Origin: Deltaproteobacteria bacterium
Lineage (GTDB): Bacteria > Myxococcota_A > Polyangia > Polyangiales > Houyiibacteriaceae
Reading direction: 5' to 3'
DNA: 64,000 nucleotides
Assembly (NCBI GenBank): GCA_013151775.1
Contig: JAADHO010000298.1
Location: 2,853 to 66,852, forward strand
Shown: positions 27,000 to 35,856 of the stretch, piece by piece
Layout of the letters: the number at the start of each line of letters is the position of its first letter
Position numbering within the stretch: the first letter of the stretch is position 1
Program-made: the position numbers and the translations under genes
The notes under the pieces: generated by a model
What the model saw: only the letters and a program-made list of their open reading frames with translations
Database searches by the model: none
What the model was told of the DNA's origin: nothing

Positions 27000-27233
27000 A
27001 TGGCTCCACTCAAGGCGCGCGTCTGTGACGGCAAGCTGGTTTTCGAGGATGCGTCCACGGATCTACCCGAGGGGGCCGTGGTTCGACTGCGCATCGTGGA
27101 AGCTCCAGACGCCATGGGCGACGAGGAGCGTGCGAGGCTTCACGAGGCGCTTCGGCGCAGCCTGGAACAAGCCAAGGCAGGCCAGCTCATCCACGCGGAT
27201 CAGGTGATTTCCCGGCTGCTCGCTAGGGAATGA
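27000..27233 (+). CDS. type II antitoxin (DUF104-like N-terminus plus ParD-like helical C-terminus)
   Basis: ATG at 27000, 77 aa. ARVCDGKLVFEDASTDLPEGAVVRLRIVE resembles the 'GvfkP..dLPEGt.V.v' antitoxin motif. The C-terminus is DEERARLHEALRRSLEQAKAGQLI. The stop overlaps the toxin start (ATGA at 27230). Confidence 0.65.
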   Translation: MAPLKARVCDGKLVFEDASTDLPEGAVVRLRIVEAPDAMGDEERARLHEALRRSLEQAKAGQLIHADQVISRLLARE

Positions 27234-27535
27234 GCGTCCGCTTCACGCCCGAAGCGCGGGACCAGGCCGAGGCGAGTGACATCTGGTGGAGGACTCATCG
27301 GGACGAGGCGCGCGACATGTTCGCGAGAGAGCTTCTCGCCGCCCAGGAACTGGTCGCGAGCACTCCGAGCCTTGGCACCTTCTACACCATGCTCGAAGAG
27401 ACTCCTGTGCGCCGACTCTTGATGCCCAAGACCAGACACCACATCTACTACACACTGCGTCGGGAGGCGGACGAGGACGAGGTCGTCATCCTCGCAGTGT
27501 GGGGGGCACCGAAGGCTGAAGGACCATTCCTCTAG
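27230..27535 (+). CDS. RelE/ParE-superfamily toxin (ParE-like)
   Basis: 101 aa. FTPEARDQAEASDIWW and the C-terminal HHIYYTLRREADEDEVVILAVWG are typical ParE/RelE layout. The gene is translationally coupled to the upstream small ORF. Confidence 0.7.
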   Translation: MSVRFTPEARDQAEASDIWWRTHRDEARDMFARELLAAQELVASTPSLGTFYTMLEETPVRRLLMPKTRHHIYYTLRREADEDEVVILAVWGAPKAEGPFL

Positions 27536-27600
27536 CGCGAACCTGCCAGATTGTCGTCGGGAAGGCCGCAGGGATGCACGGCCGCGGTTCGTGGCGCTGG

Positions 27601-28200
27601 CTACTTCAGCCTTGGCTGATAGGGGTCGAGGACTTCGCCTCGCGTTGGCTCGCGCCCATGTCGCGTCGGTGGGGCTGCCGCCGAGGCGCGCACCACGATC
27701 ACCTCGACCAAGGTGCCGCCATCAAAGCGCAGCGCGAGGGTGTAGGGGCGGGAGTGGGTGAGTCCCGAGAGCACGGCCCGCAGGCAGCGCGACACGGGGG
27801 TGTCGGCGGGCTGGCGTGCCGCTGAGGTCACGCGGTAGACCGGCCCGGAAGGGACCTCGAGAAAGCAGCGTCGAATCTTGCGCGCCTGTTCGCGCGCGGA
27901 GACCGTGAGGCGATGCTCGTCCGGCCGGAAGGCGCGCAGCCTCTCATTGGGATCGTCGTTGCCCCAGGGGTCGAACACCTCCGGCGCGACCCAATGGGGC
28001 ACGCCGTGTCGCAAGGGCACGAGCGCAAGCGCGGGCTCTGCGGCCGCTTGTGGTCGCGTCGTCTGAGAGGCGGGCTCCTCTGCTGGCGACGACTCCGCCC
28101 ACGGATCGAGCCGTTCCGCGCGCTGCGCGTGGGCCGTCGCGGTGACCGAGCACAGCAACAGGCCAAAGGATGTGAGGACGACGGCATACCGAGCGAGCAT
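27601..28200 (-). CDS. hypothetical secreted protein
   Basis: ATG at 28200. The signal peptide is MLARYAVVLTSFGLLLCSVTATAHA. Composition is non-shadow. No motif recognised. Confidence 0.55.
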   Translation of the reverse strand: MLARYAVVLTSFGLLLCSVTATAHAQRAERLDPWAESSPAEEPASQTTRPQAAAEPALALVPLRHGVPHWVAPEVFDPWGNDDPNERLRAFRPDEHRLTVSAREQARKIRRCFLEVPSGPVYRVTSAARQPADTPVSRCLRAVLSGLTHSRPYTLALRFDGGTLVEVIVVRASAAAPPTRHGREPTRGEVLDPYQPRLK

Positions 28201-28334
28201 CCTGCGAGTGTAGGGGCAAGGCCGCGGGGTCGCCAGGACGCCGCGCTCGGCCCCGCTCGGCCAGCGACCGACCGGATCTGACGAGCGTCGTACCTCGATT
28301 GCCGCGTGAACGCTGCCTTGCTAGCCTCCTGAAC

Positions 28335-29738
28335 GTGAATGGGGGAACACAAAGAGGGTGGCTCTCGAGGATCGGCTGGCTGTGCCTCGCTCTGACCTGC
28401 GGATGCGGACTCTTAGACTCGTGGCCCGACACGCCCCCCTACTGCTCGACCCATGCGGCGGCTCGGCGCGAGGCTGGCGAACCGGGACCGGGACCGGCGG
28501 AGCTCTGCCGGATCATCGGAGAGCGCCTCTGCGATCAGTGGGCGCGCTGCGGCTGTCAGGATGGCACCGGCGAGATCGTGAGCGAGGGCTGCGTCGCGAA
28601 CGTCGAGTCCGAGTGCGACGACTACTTGGCATCACCAGCGGTCCTCGCTGATCTCGACGCGGGCAGGATGGTGTGGTCCGGCGGCGCGGCCAACCGCTTT
28701 GTGGCCGCGCTGACTTCGGCCACAGCGAGCTGCGAGCCCGCGCACTTGGACGTGTCGAAGGTCACCATCGGGCGGCGACGCGACGGCGCGCGGTGCGACC
28801 CGGTCTCCCCGGTGCTCTCGGAGTGCCTTGATCGAAGCATGTGCCAATCTCTCTTCCGTGGGCCGCCAGGTTACTATTGTCACGCCAGCTCTTGGTCGGT
28901 GCCCTCACTGGTGCCGCTGGGCGAGCGCTGCCGCGGTAACTACGACTGCCAAGCCGACGCTCGCTGCGCACATGTGTGCAGTGCGGGTCCCGACGAAGGC
29001 GTGTGCGCGGAGCGCCTCGCGGTCGGGCAGGCGTGCAGCACGTTAGGCGACTGCCGAAGCGGCCTGTGCGAACCCGAGGTCGGGAGCGGACGCTACGACA
29101 GCGACCCGAGGGGCCGCTGCGTCGAGGCCGGCACGCGAGGACTGGGGGAGAGCTGCAGGATGGACACCGTCTGCGCCAGCGGACTCTGCGAGCGACACCA
29201 CGGCAGCTACGATTCGATCACGGGTGAGGTGATCACCGGCGCGTGCGCTCCGCTTCTGAGCATCGGCTCGGACTGCGACCGCAGCGCCCACTGTGAGAGT
29301 CACGCCTGTGCCGGCTTCCGCTTCGTGGAGCTGAATGAGTGCGAGGGCACAGGAGAGCCCTGCCGTGACACTCACGACTGCGCATGCGTGGGCGGACTGA
29401 TGCTTGGCACCTGCGTCGTGCCTGTCCGCAACGGGACGGCCTGTCGAGACTCCGCCGCGTGTGCGTCTGACTACTGTGATCCGCCGAGTGGCGTGTGCGC
29501 AGATCCAGCACCCGCACCGGCCGACCTCCACCAGCCCTGCGACGAGTCCCTCGGCTGCACGGAGGGGAGGTGCATCAGCGGTCGGTGCACGCTTGGCAAC
29601 GCCCCAGGCGAATCATGCTCCTGGCGGTTCTCGTGCGCCAGCGGGTCGTGCGTGGCGGGGCAGTGTCAGCCGACCGCGTGCGTCGCGTACCTCGCACAGA
29701 CCGCGGGGTGGTTTGGCTGGACGCTGAGACCTCATTGA
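28335..29738 (+). CDS. Cys-rich secreted/lipoprotein with repeated CxxxxxCxSGxC modules
   Basis: The probable start is GTG 28335 (VNGGTQRGWLSRIGWLCLALTCGCG); the track start is 28299. Repeats include CSTLGDCRSGLCEP, CRMDTVCASGLCER, CDRSAHCESHAC, CRDSAACASDYCDP, CDESLGCTEGRCISGRC and CSWRFSCASGSCVAGQC. Confidence 0.7.
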   Translation: MNGGTQRGWLSRIGWLCLALTCGCGLLDSWPDTPPYCSTHAAARREAGEPGPGPAELCRIIGERLCDQWARCGCQDGTGEIVSEGCVANVESECDDYLASPAVLADLDAGRMVWSGGAANRFVAALTSATASCEPAHLDVSKVTIGRRRDGARCDPVSPVLSECLDRSMCQSLFRGPPGYYCHASSWSVPSLVPLGERCRGNYDCQADARCAHVCSAGPDEGVCAERLAVGQACSTLGDCRSGLCEPEVGSGRYDSDPRGRCVEAGTRGLGESCRMDTVCASGLCERHHGSYDSITGEVITGACAPLLSIGSDCDRSAHCESHACAGFRFVELNECEGTGEPCRDTHDCACVGGLMLGTCVVPVRNGTACRDSAACASDYCDPPSGVCADPAPAPADLHQPCDESLGCTEGRCISGRCTLGNAPGESCSWRFSCASGSCVAGQCQPTACVAYLAQTAGWFGWTLRPH

Positions 29739-29779
29739 GTCGGCTGGGAAGCGGCGGACTCGCCGGCTCCGCGCCGAGC

Positions 29780-31450
29780 TCAGCGGCGGCTGCGGCGGCG
29801 TAGGCCGAAGAAGATGGCGAGGAAGGGCAGCCAGCTCAGGGCCATGCTGATGCGACTCGGTCGGCTCGCGCGCCCCGGCGCGGGCGAGGCGTCCACGGAG
29901 CAGGCGTAGTAGGTCGGAGGCGGCGCGCTGCTGTAGGCGCTGGCGATCTCGGCGCACTCGTCGCGGGTGTAGCCTGGCGCGCGGTAGAAGTCCGGCGCCG
30001 GGCTCGGCTCCCCCTCCAGGTACTCGTAGGTCTCCGAGAAGGTGCGCTGACCGCCCGCGGGGTAGGAGTTTCCGGGGCAGCAGGCCTGCGCGATGTAGAC
30101 CGTGCGGCGGCGCTCGATCTGCAGCGGGTCGACCTCCGTGTCGTCCGTGGGCACGAGGCGCGAGTCCTCCTTCACCTCGTCGACCCGGCGCGTCAGTCGG
30201 ATGCGCGTGACCCAGCCCTGCTCCAGGCCGAAGGCGCGCACGGCGGGGTCCTCGAAGCTCGCGGGAGACGCGATTTCCACCTCGCCGTCGCCGTCCTCCA
30301 CGGCCATGCGCGTGGGGGCGATCACGAAGGCGTCCGTCTCCACCACGCCACCGCTGGCGCTGTACTGAAGGCGATTCATCACGGGGATGTCGTCGCCGCG
30401 CCAGGTCACGACCAGAGGCGCCAGAGCCACGCGGTCGTTGCCGGGCAGCTCGGGAGCTTGCACGCGCACGGCCAGGAACCACGCGCCCTCCTTCACGTAG
30501 CTGGAGAAGGCGGCCACGTCCTCGTCGTCGTAGGAGAACTCGTTGATGTCGAGCCACTCCGTGAGGGCGTTCAGGTTCGAGGCGTTGAGCACCACGACCT
30601 CGTAGTTCTCGGTCGTGGTGATGCGGTCGACCGCGACGCTGCCGCTGCGCGTCTCCTCCGTCTCCGTGCCTCGCCGCTCGAGCCCGGGATCGTAGTAGGC
30701 GCTCCCCTCGTAGGCTCCGCAGCCCATCATGGCCATGGGCAGCCCGAGCACGGCGTCGAGGGCGTTGCTGGCGTAGTGCGGATCCGAGCATTGGTATCCG
30801 ATGCTGCCATCCTCCACGAAGTCCACCGTCTCCGTGACGTGGCCCTGCACGCTCGCCGCGGCCGCCACGAAGATGTCGTCCACTCCGACGTGCACGTCGG
30901 CGCGAGCGGGCAGGGGCATCACCAGGCCGCTGCGTCCGCCCATGGCGTAGAGGGCGGGTTGGATGACGGTGTGGACGAGGCCACCATAGATCGGATCGGG
31001 GGGCGCACCGTCAGGGCAGAGGGCAGGACCAGGCTCGAAGACGCCGCCATCGATCAGGCTGCGGTGTCCGCCCGCGGCGAAGGCGAGCTCCCTGGCGTCG
31101 AGGGCCTCGCCGACACCTTCCGGGGCGCCGACCTCGAGCTCGAAGGGGGGCTCGTAGCTCGGGCGCGTGCTGTCGTGGGCGTCCTCGACCGGCACCGCGT
31201 AGTCGTAGCCGGCGACCGGGCCGAGATCCAGGCCGCTTCCGAGCCCAGGCTGGTAGACCACGCTGCGGCAGCGGAACCCCACGAGTTGATTCGGCGCCAT
31301 CACGTAGAGGGCCTGTGTCGTCGAGTCGAAGACCACCTCGTGCTCTCCCGACTCCGTAGTCGGTCCGAGCACGCGGCAGACAGCGCGCGCCTTGGGCAGG
31401 GCGACGCCCAAGAGAGCCAATGCGATGGCGACCAACAGAAAACGATTCAC
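29780..31450 (-). CDS. hypothetical secreted protein with C-terminal TM/basic anchor (possibly DUF2330-like)
   Basis: GTG at 31450 is preceded by a strong AGGAGG Shine-Dalgarno. The signal peptide is MNRFLLVAIALALLGVALPKARA followed by VC. The C-terminus is LSWLPFLAIFFGLRRRSRR. The DUF2330 guess is low confidence. Confidence 0.6.
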   Translation of the reverse strand: MNRFLLVAIALALLGVALPKARAVCRVLGPTTESGEHEVVFDSTTQALYVMAPNQLVGFRCRSVVYQPGLGSGLDLGPVAGYDYAVPVEDAHDSTRPSYEPPFELEVGAPEGVGEALDARELAFAAGGHRSLIDGGVFEPGPALCPDGAPPDPIYGGLVHTVIQPALYAMGGRSGLVMPLPARADVHVGVDDIFVAAAASVQGHVTETVDFVEDGSIGYQCSDPHYASNALDAVLGLPMAMMGCGAYEGSAYYDPGLERRGTETEETRSGSVAVDRITTTENYEVVVLNASNLNALTEWLDINEFSYDDEDVAAFSSYVKEGAWFLAVRVQAPELPGNDRVALAPLVVTWRGDDIPVMNRLQYSASGGVVETDAFVIAPTRMAVEDGDGEVEIASPASFEDPAVRAFGLEQGWVTRIRLTRRVDEVKEDSRLVPTDDTEVDPLQIERRRTVYIAQACCPGNSYPAGGQRTFSETYEYLEGEPSPAPDFYRAPGYTRDECAEIASAYSSAPPPTYYACSVDASPAPGRASRPSRISMALSWLPFLAIFFGLRRRSRR

Positions 31451-31725
31451 GCTCCACCTCCTGTGAAAGACAAGTCGATGACCTGGCTATCGCAACGGCC
31501 GTGCCGGTGGAAAAGGCTCGGAAAGTGCCTAGAAGACGGCCTCGGTCGCGACACGCCTCGTGGCTGCGGCACGCTCTGGCACAGAGCGGCGCACAGGCCG
31601 CGAAGCTCGCGTCAGACCCGCTCGTGGTCAGGGAAGAAGCACGGGCCGCGCGCCGTAACTCTGTGCTGCTGCGGCCGGCGCAGTGTTGACGCCCATAGTC
31701 CCAGCAAGCAGGATCCTACGCCGAC

Positions 31726-32331
31726 ATGGCCAAACCAATCATCGTCAACTGGCAGGGCGCGACGTCCAGCTTTCAAATCGCCAAGCTCGATCGCAGCAAG
31801 CTCTATGGCAAGCGGCAGCGCTGGGTGCTCGATCCCGAGGGTGAGCGCTGCGAGCGCGCCGAGCTGATGCGCGACGGCTCGATGTTGATCCGCTCGGGCA
31901 TGACGGCGCAGGGCTACTTCGACGACGCCGGCGTCTGGATCCGCAACGACCAGCTCGTTGGCCTGAGTGCGGCGGGGGAGCCCGTCGAGAAGGTGCCCTC
32001 CACGCTGGGCGCGGAGCAGGCCCTCGAGGGGCCCATCGATCCCTCGGAGGCTCTGGATGTCACCGTGCGCTCGGTCTACATGCTCAGCCCCGAGGAGCTC
32101 GACGATGCGTTGAAGGAGCGCCTCTTGGCCGGCGATATCTTTCGCTGCTCTTTCAACTATCGCGCCGACTTCAACGCCGAGACGGCGATCCTCGTGGCCA
32201 ACGACGACGGCTTCTTCGCCCTGGTGGGCGATCCCCTCGAGACCGCCTGGTGCGAGCTCGCCGTCGAGGCCACCGAGAGCTTCGAAGAGCGCGCGGACGA
32301 CGACGACGACCTCGACTTCGAGATGTTCTAG
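31726..32331 (+). CDS. hypothetical protein with acidic C-terminus; first gene of the ligase operon
   Basis: ATG at 31726, 201 aa. Codon usage is clean. The tail is EERADDDDDLDFEMF. The stop TAG is followed directly by a GGAGG Shine-Dalgarno for the next gene. No motif recognised. Confidence 0.65.
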   Translation: MAKPIIVNWQGATSSFQIAKLDRSKLYGKRQRWVLDPEGERCERAELMRDGSMLIRSGMTAQGYFDDAGVWIRNDQLVGLSAAGEPVEKVPSTLGAEQALEGPIDPSEALDVTVRSVYMLSPEELDDALKERLLAGDIFRCSFNYRADFNAETAILVANDDGFFALVGDPLETAWCELAVEATESFEERADDDDDLDFEMF

Positions 32332-32340
32332 GAGGCAGCG

Positions 32341-33042
32341 ATGCGCAAGATTCACCTGATGAACGAGGCGTCCCGCGACGCCACCGTGGCCTTCGACGGC
32401 GTGCGCGCGCGCGCCAAGCCCGCCCTCGGGCTGCCCGGCGTGGAGCTCTCCTTTCGGCGCTATGTCGCCGCCACCGAGGCGGGGCGTCACGCCGGGCTCG
32501 CGGCCGCACATGGCGACTTGGCGCAGGCTCTGATCGACGGCGACCCCGAGATCGACAAGGAGGTCGTGGGCCGCTTCATCGACGAGACGGCCCCCGTCTA
32601 CCTCGCCGCCTCCGGTGAGGTGCTCCACGTCTCGCCGCGTTTGGTCGACGTGGTCTTCGGTCCCGACGGCGCGGAGCGTGAGCGCAAGGATGCCGTCAAC
32701 ACGCCGGGGAACGTCTCGGACGAGACGCCCGTGCGCTGGACGGGGCGCAAGCTCCCGCGCCGTGACGCCCTCCGCCGCTTCGCCTTCCGCCGCACGCTGG
32801 CGCTGAAACACCTCGACGGCCTCACCCATGATTTTCTCTTCGCCATGGCCGAGCAGCTCGCCAAAGAGGACGTGCTCGTGATGTTGGGCGGCGGCGCCAA
32901 GGGCAAAGAGCCGCTGATCTTTCAGGAGAACGGCACGCCCTACCGCGGCTTCCTCGAGGGTCGCGTCGATGGCGCTCGCTACAAGCTCCTGCTCCACCTC
33001 TCCAACCTCGAGATCCGCGTCCCTGACGCGGCGAAGGCCTGA
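32341..33042 (+). CDS. hypothetical protein; second gene of the ligase operon
   Basis: ATG at 32341 is preceded by taGGAGGcagcg. 233 aa. The stop TGA lies 1 nt before the ligase ATG. No motif recognised. Confidence 0.65.
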   Translation: MRKIHLMNEASRDATVAFDGVRARAKPALGLPGVELSFRRYVAATEAGRHAGLAAAHGDLAQALIDGDPEIDKEVVGRFIDETAPVYLAASGEVLHVSPRLVDVVFGPDGAERERKDAVNTPGNVSDETPVRWTGRKLPRRDALRRFAFRRTLALKHLDGLTHDFLFAMAEQLAKEDVLVMLGGGAKGKEPLIFQENGTPYRGFLEGRVDGARYKLLLHLSNLEIRVPDAAKA

Positions 33043-33043
33043 G

Positions 33044-34504
33044 ATGTCCAAGTTCTACTCCGAAGCGGACGCGCGAGACCTCGGCAAGGGCAAGCAGGCT
33101 CCCAATGGCAGCGTGACGGACGCGGAGCTCGCGGCGCGCCTGCGCGGTTACAAGCGCACGGTGGCGGGGCGCTACCGCGCACTCTTCGAGGCAGACTTCG
33201 AGCGCATCCCCGGTGGGCAGCTCTTGGTCAGCCCGAAGATCGACGGGGAGCTCTGGTTCCTCGTCTTCGACGGGGGCGAGGTCTTCTTGGCGTCGCCGAA
33301 GGGGCGAGTCGTCTTCGGTGACGTGCCCGTGCTCGCCGAAGCCAAGGCCGCGATGGCCCGCGCCCACGAGCGCACCATCGTCGCCGGCGAGCTCTTCGCG
33401 GCCCGCAAGTCGGGGCGCCCGCGTGTGGGGGATCTGGCCGCGGCCATGGGCGGCGAGGCCAAGGCCGAGGTCGCGCGCATGGCCTTCGCGCCTTTCGACC
33501 TGCTCGAGGGTGGGTTCGGAGAAGACGCCGAGCGCCCCGTGACCTACGCCGAGCGCTTGGCCTCGATTCAGAAGCTCTTCGAAGGCGGCAAGCGCGTGCG
33601 TACGGTGCGCACGGAAGAGGTCGAGGGGGGCGCCGCCGTGGCCTCGCTCTTCGAGGAGTGGGTCGCGGGAGGCAAGGGAGAGGGGCTCGTCGTGCGCACG
33701 GCGGACGACGCCTTCGTCTACAAGGTCAAGCCCACCATCGACGTCGACGCCGTGGTCGTCGGCTACACGGAGTCGAGCGAGGGCGACAACAAGGTCGGCT
33801 CCTTCCTGCTCGCCCTGATGCGCGAAGATGGTCAGCTGCAGCTGATCGGCTCCTGCGGCAACATGCCGACCCAGCAGCGCCTCGAGTTCATGCGTCAGGT
33901 GCGCGAGATGCACGTGGACTCGGGCTACCGCCACGCCAACAGCAAGGGCGCCCTCTACCGCTTCATCCGTCCCGAGATCATCCTCGAGGTGAGGCTCACG
34001 GACGTGCAGAGCGAGACCTCTGCGGGCGACCCCATCCGCCGCATGGTGCTCGACTATGTGGACGACGCCTACAAGCCCCTGCGTCAGCTGCCGGGCGTGA
34101 GCATCCTGCATCCCGTGTTCATGCGCGTGCGCGAAGACAAGAGCGTGAACCCGACGGATCTGCGCGTCGCGCAGGTGCTCGAGCGCTGCCTCGTCGACTC
34201 CCTCGACGAACACGCGGAGCCCTTGGACTTGCCGCCGAGCGAGCTGATCCGGCGCGAGGTCTACACCAAGACCACGAAGGGCGCGGTCGCCGTGCGCAAG
34301 CTCGTGCTGTGGAAGACGAACAAGCAGGACGTCGACCCGAGCTACCCTGCCTACGTCGTGCACTTCACGGACTACAGCGCGGGTCGCAAGGATCCCCTGA
34401 AGCGCGAGGTGCGCGTGGCGCCGAGTGAGGAGTTGGCCACGGGCATCGCCGAGGCAATGCTCGAGAAGAACATCAAGAAGGGCTGGGCGCTCGTCGAAGG
34501 CTGA
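33044..34504 (+). CDS. ATP-dependent DNA ligase (NTase + OB core) with WGR-like C-terminal extension
   Basis: Ligase motifs occur in canonical order: I SPKIDGE, III IVAGELF, IIIa FAPFDLL, IV GEGLVVR, V YKVKP, the OB region DAVVVGY..KVGSFLLAL, and VI HPVFMRVREDKS. The last ~110 aa (VAVRKLVLWKTNK..YVVHFTDYSAGRKDPLKREVRVAPSEELATGIAEAMLEKNIKKGW) resemble a WGR domain. Confidence 0.85.
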   Translation: MSKFYSEADARDLGKGKQAPNGSVTDAELAARLRGYKRTVAGRYRALFEADFERIPGGQLLVSPKIDGELWFLVFDGGEVFLASPKGRVVFGDVPVLAEAKAAMARAHERTIVAGELFAARKSGRPRVGDLAAAMGGEAKAEVARMAFAPFDLLEGGFGEDAERPVTYAERLASIQKLFEGGKRVRTVRTEEVEGGAAVASLFEEWVAGGKGEGLVVRTADDAFVYKVKPTIDVDAVVVGYTESSEGDNKVGSFLLALMREDGQLQLIGSCGNMPTQQRLEFMRQVREMHVDSGYRHANSKGALYRFIRPEIILEVRLTDVQSETSAGDPIRRMVLDYVDDAYKPLRQLPGVSILHPVFMRVREDKSVNPTDLRVAQVLERCLVDSLDEHAEPLDLPPSELIRREVYTKTTKGAVAVRKLVLWKTNKQDVDPSYPAYVVHFTDYSAGRKDPLKREVRVAPSEELATGIAEAMLEKNIKKGWALVEG

Positions 34505-34510
34505 GCGCGG

Positions 34511-35758
34511 TTACGGGATATCAGGATCCGAGTCCCAGCCGCGGAAGAGCTCGGGCAGGAAGCCAGCGTAGGGGTAGGGCGCTGGTGTCGGCGCGGGGCG
34601 TAGCCAAGGGAAGGGCTCCGGATCCACGCCCCAGCGGGCGTGGAAGACGTCTCGGAGCAGGCCCTCGGCGCGCTTCGCGTGAGGGGAGAAACCCCAGATG
34701 GCCTCTTGGGAGCAGTCGTCGAGATCCGCGTAGTAGCGCCAGACGAAGAAGCCCGCGAAGAAGCGCTCGGGCAAGAAGGCCTCGAAGAGGGCCGCCATGC
34801 CGCGCGCCTGCTCCTCTTCGTCGACGACCACGTCCTGCATGTCGTCGGGCCAGAGCCAAGGTTCGACCGCGGCGTCGGCGCGGGTCGTGTAGCCTACTTC
34901 GACGAAGAGCACGGGGCGCTCGAGCTCATGGGCCAACTCTCGCAGCGCGGGCACTCGGGAGCGTGCGCCCTCGACGTACTCCGCGTAGCTGGCGCCCTCG
35001 TGATCCGCGAGCGGGTAGAAGGCGTTGACGCCGATGAAGTCGAGCTGCTCCCAGAAGACCACGTCGTCGACCTCGTCCCAGTTGGCGCTGTAGGTGAGCA
35101 GACCGGGGTAGACGGCGCGGATGCTCTGGATGAGCTTTTCCCAGAAGGCGCCGAAGCGGTAGGAGAGGCTCTTCATCTCGACACCGATGGAGAAGGCGTC
35201 GGCGCCAGCGTCCGCGGCGTCTCGCGCCCAGGCGAGCACGAAGTCGGCGTAGCTCGCCTGATAGGCCTGCCAGCCCTCGGGGGAGCCCGGGTCGACGCGC
35301 CCGCGCCAGCCGCCGGTCTCGACCCAGAGGTGGGGGATCAAGAGCACACGCATGCCGCGCGCGTGGGCTTGGGCGATCATCTCACGCACGCCTTGTCGGT
35401 TGTCCGCGTAGGGCGCCTCGAAGTCCATCAACACGCGGGTGTCGTCCAGAGCCCAGAGGCGACCGAAGGGGGTGATGGAGATCCAGTTGACGCCCATGGC
35501 GGCGAGGTGGTCGAGCAGGCGTGCGCTGACCGGCGTGCCATAGCCGCGACCCGGCAGCTGCGACGATTCGATGGGCCCGATGGTCACGCCGCGGATGCCG
35601 CCCTGCGCCAGCTCGGCCCAGGCGTCCGCGCTGCGCAGCGTCTGGGCCGAGGCGCTCAGGGGCAGGGCGAGCCCGAAGACGAGGCTGGCCATCGCGAAGA
35701 GGGCGAGTCGCCCCCAGCCGCGGCCCGCGCAGCTTGCGCTTTGATCAAAGGAGACCAC
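34511..35758 (-). CDS. secreted TIM-barrel glycoside hydrolase-like protein (GH5/GH113-like)
   Basis: The signal peptide is ..GRLALFAMASLVFGLALPLSASA. The pattern VNWISITPF..HARGMRVLLIPHLW..FSIGVEMKS..TYSANWDE..GVNAFYP is typical of (beta/alpha)8 clan GH-A hydrolases (the E in GVEM is a candidate acid/base). The subfamily is not resolved. Confidence 0.6.
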   Translation of the reverse strand: MVSFDQSASCAGRGWGRLALFAMASLVFGLALPLSASAQTLRSADAWAELAQGGIRGVTIGPIESSQLPGRGYGTPVSARLLDHLAAMGVNWISITPFGRLWALDDTRVLMDFEAPYADNRQGVREMIAQAHARGMRVLLIPHLWVETGGWRGRVDPGSPEGWQAYQASYADFVLAWARDAADAGADAFSIGVEMKSLSYRFGAFWEKLIQSIRAVYPGLLTYSANWDEVDDVVFWEQLDFIGVNAFYPLADHEGASYAEYVEGARSRVPALRELAHELERPVLFVEVGYTTRADAAVEPWLWPDDMQDVVVDEEEQARGMAALFEAFLPERFFAGFFVWRYYADLDDCSQEAIWGFSPHAKRAEGLLRDVFHARWGVDPEPFPWLRPAPTPAPYPYAGFLPELFRGWDSDPDIP

Positions 35759-35856
35759 GATTGGGGACCTATCGGATCGCGCCCCCCTTCGTAAAGCCCC
35801 TGGGAAGCGCTAGTCTCCGCCGGCTTCCCCCGGCGCGTCCTCTTCCAGAGCATTCC

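Noticed and set aside
31612-34363. Two long minus-strand ORFs (31612-33051 and 32822-34363) lying antisense to the ligase operon.
   Set aside because: They have Val/Glu/His/Gly/Arg-rich 'mirror' composition and no start context. The plus strand carries ordered ligase motifs I-VI and Shine-Dalgarno-linked gene junctions.
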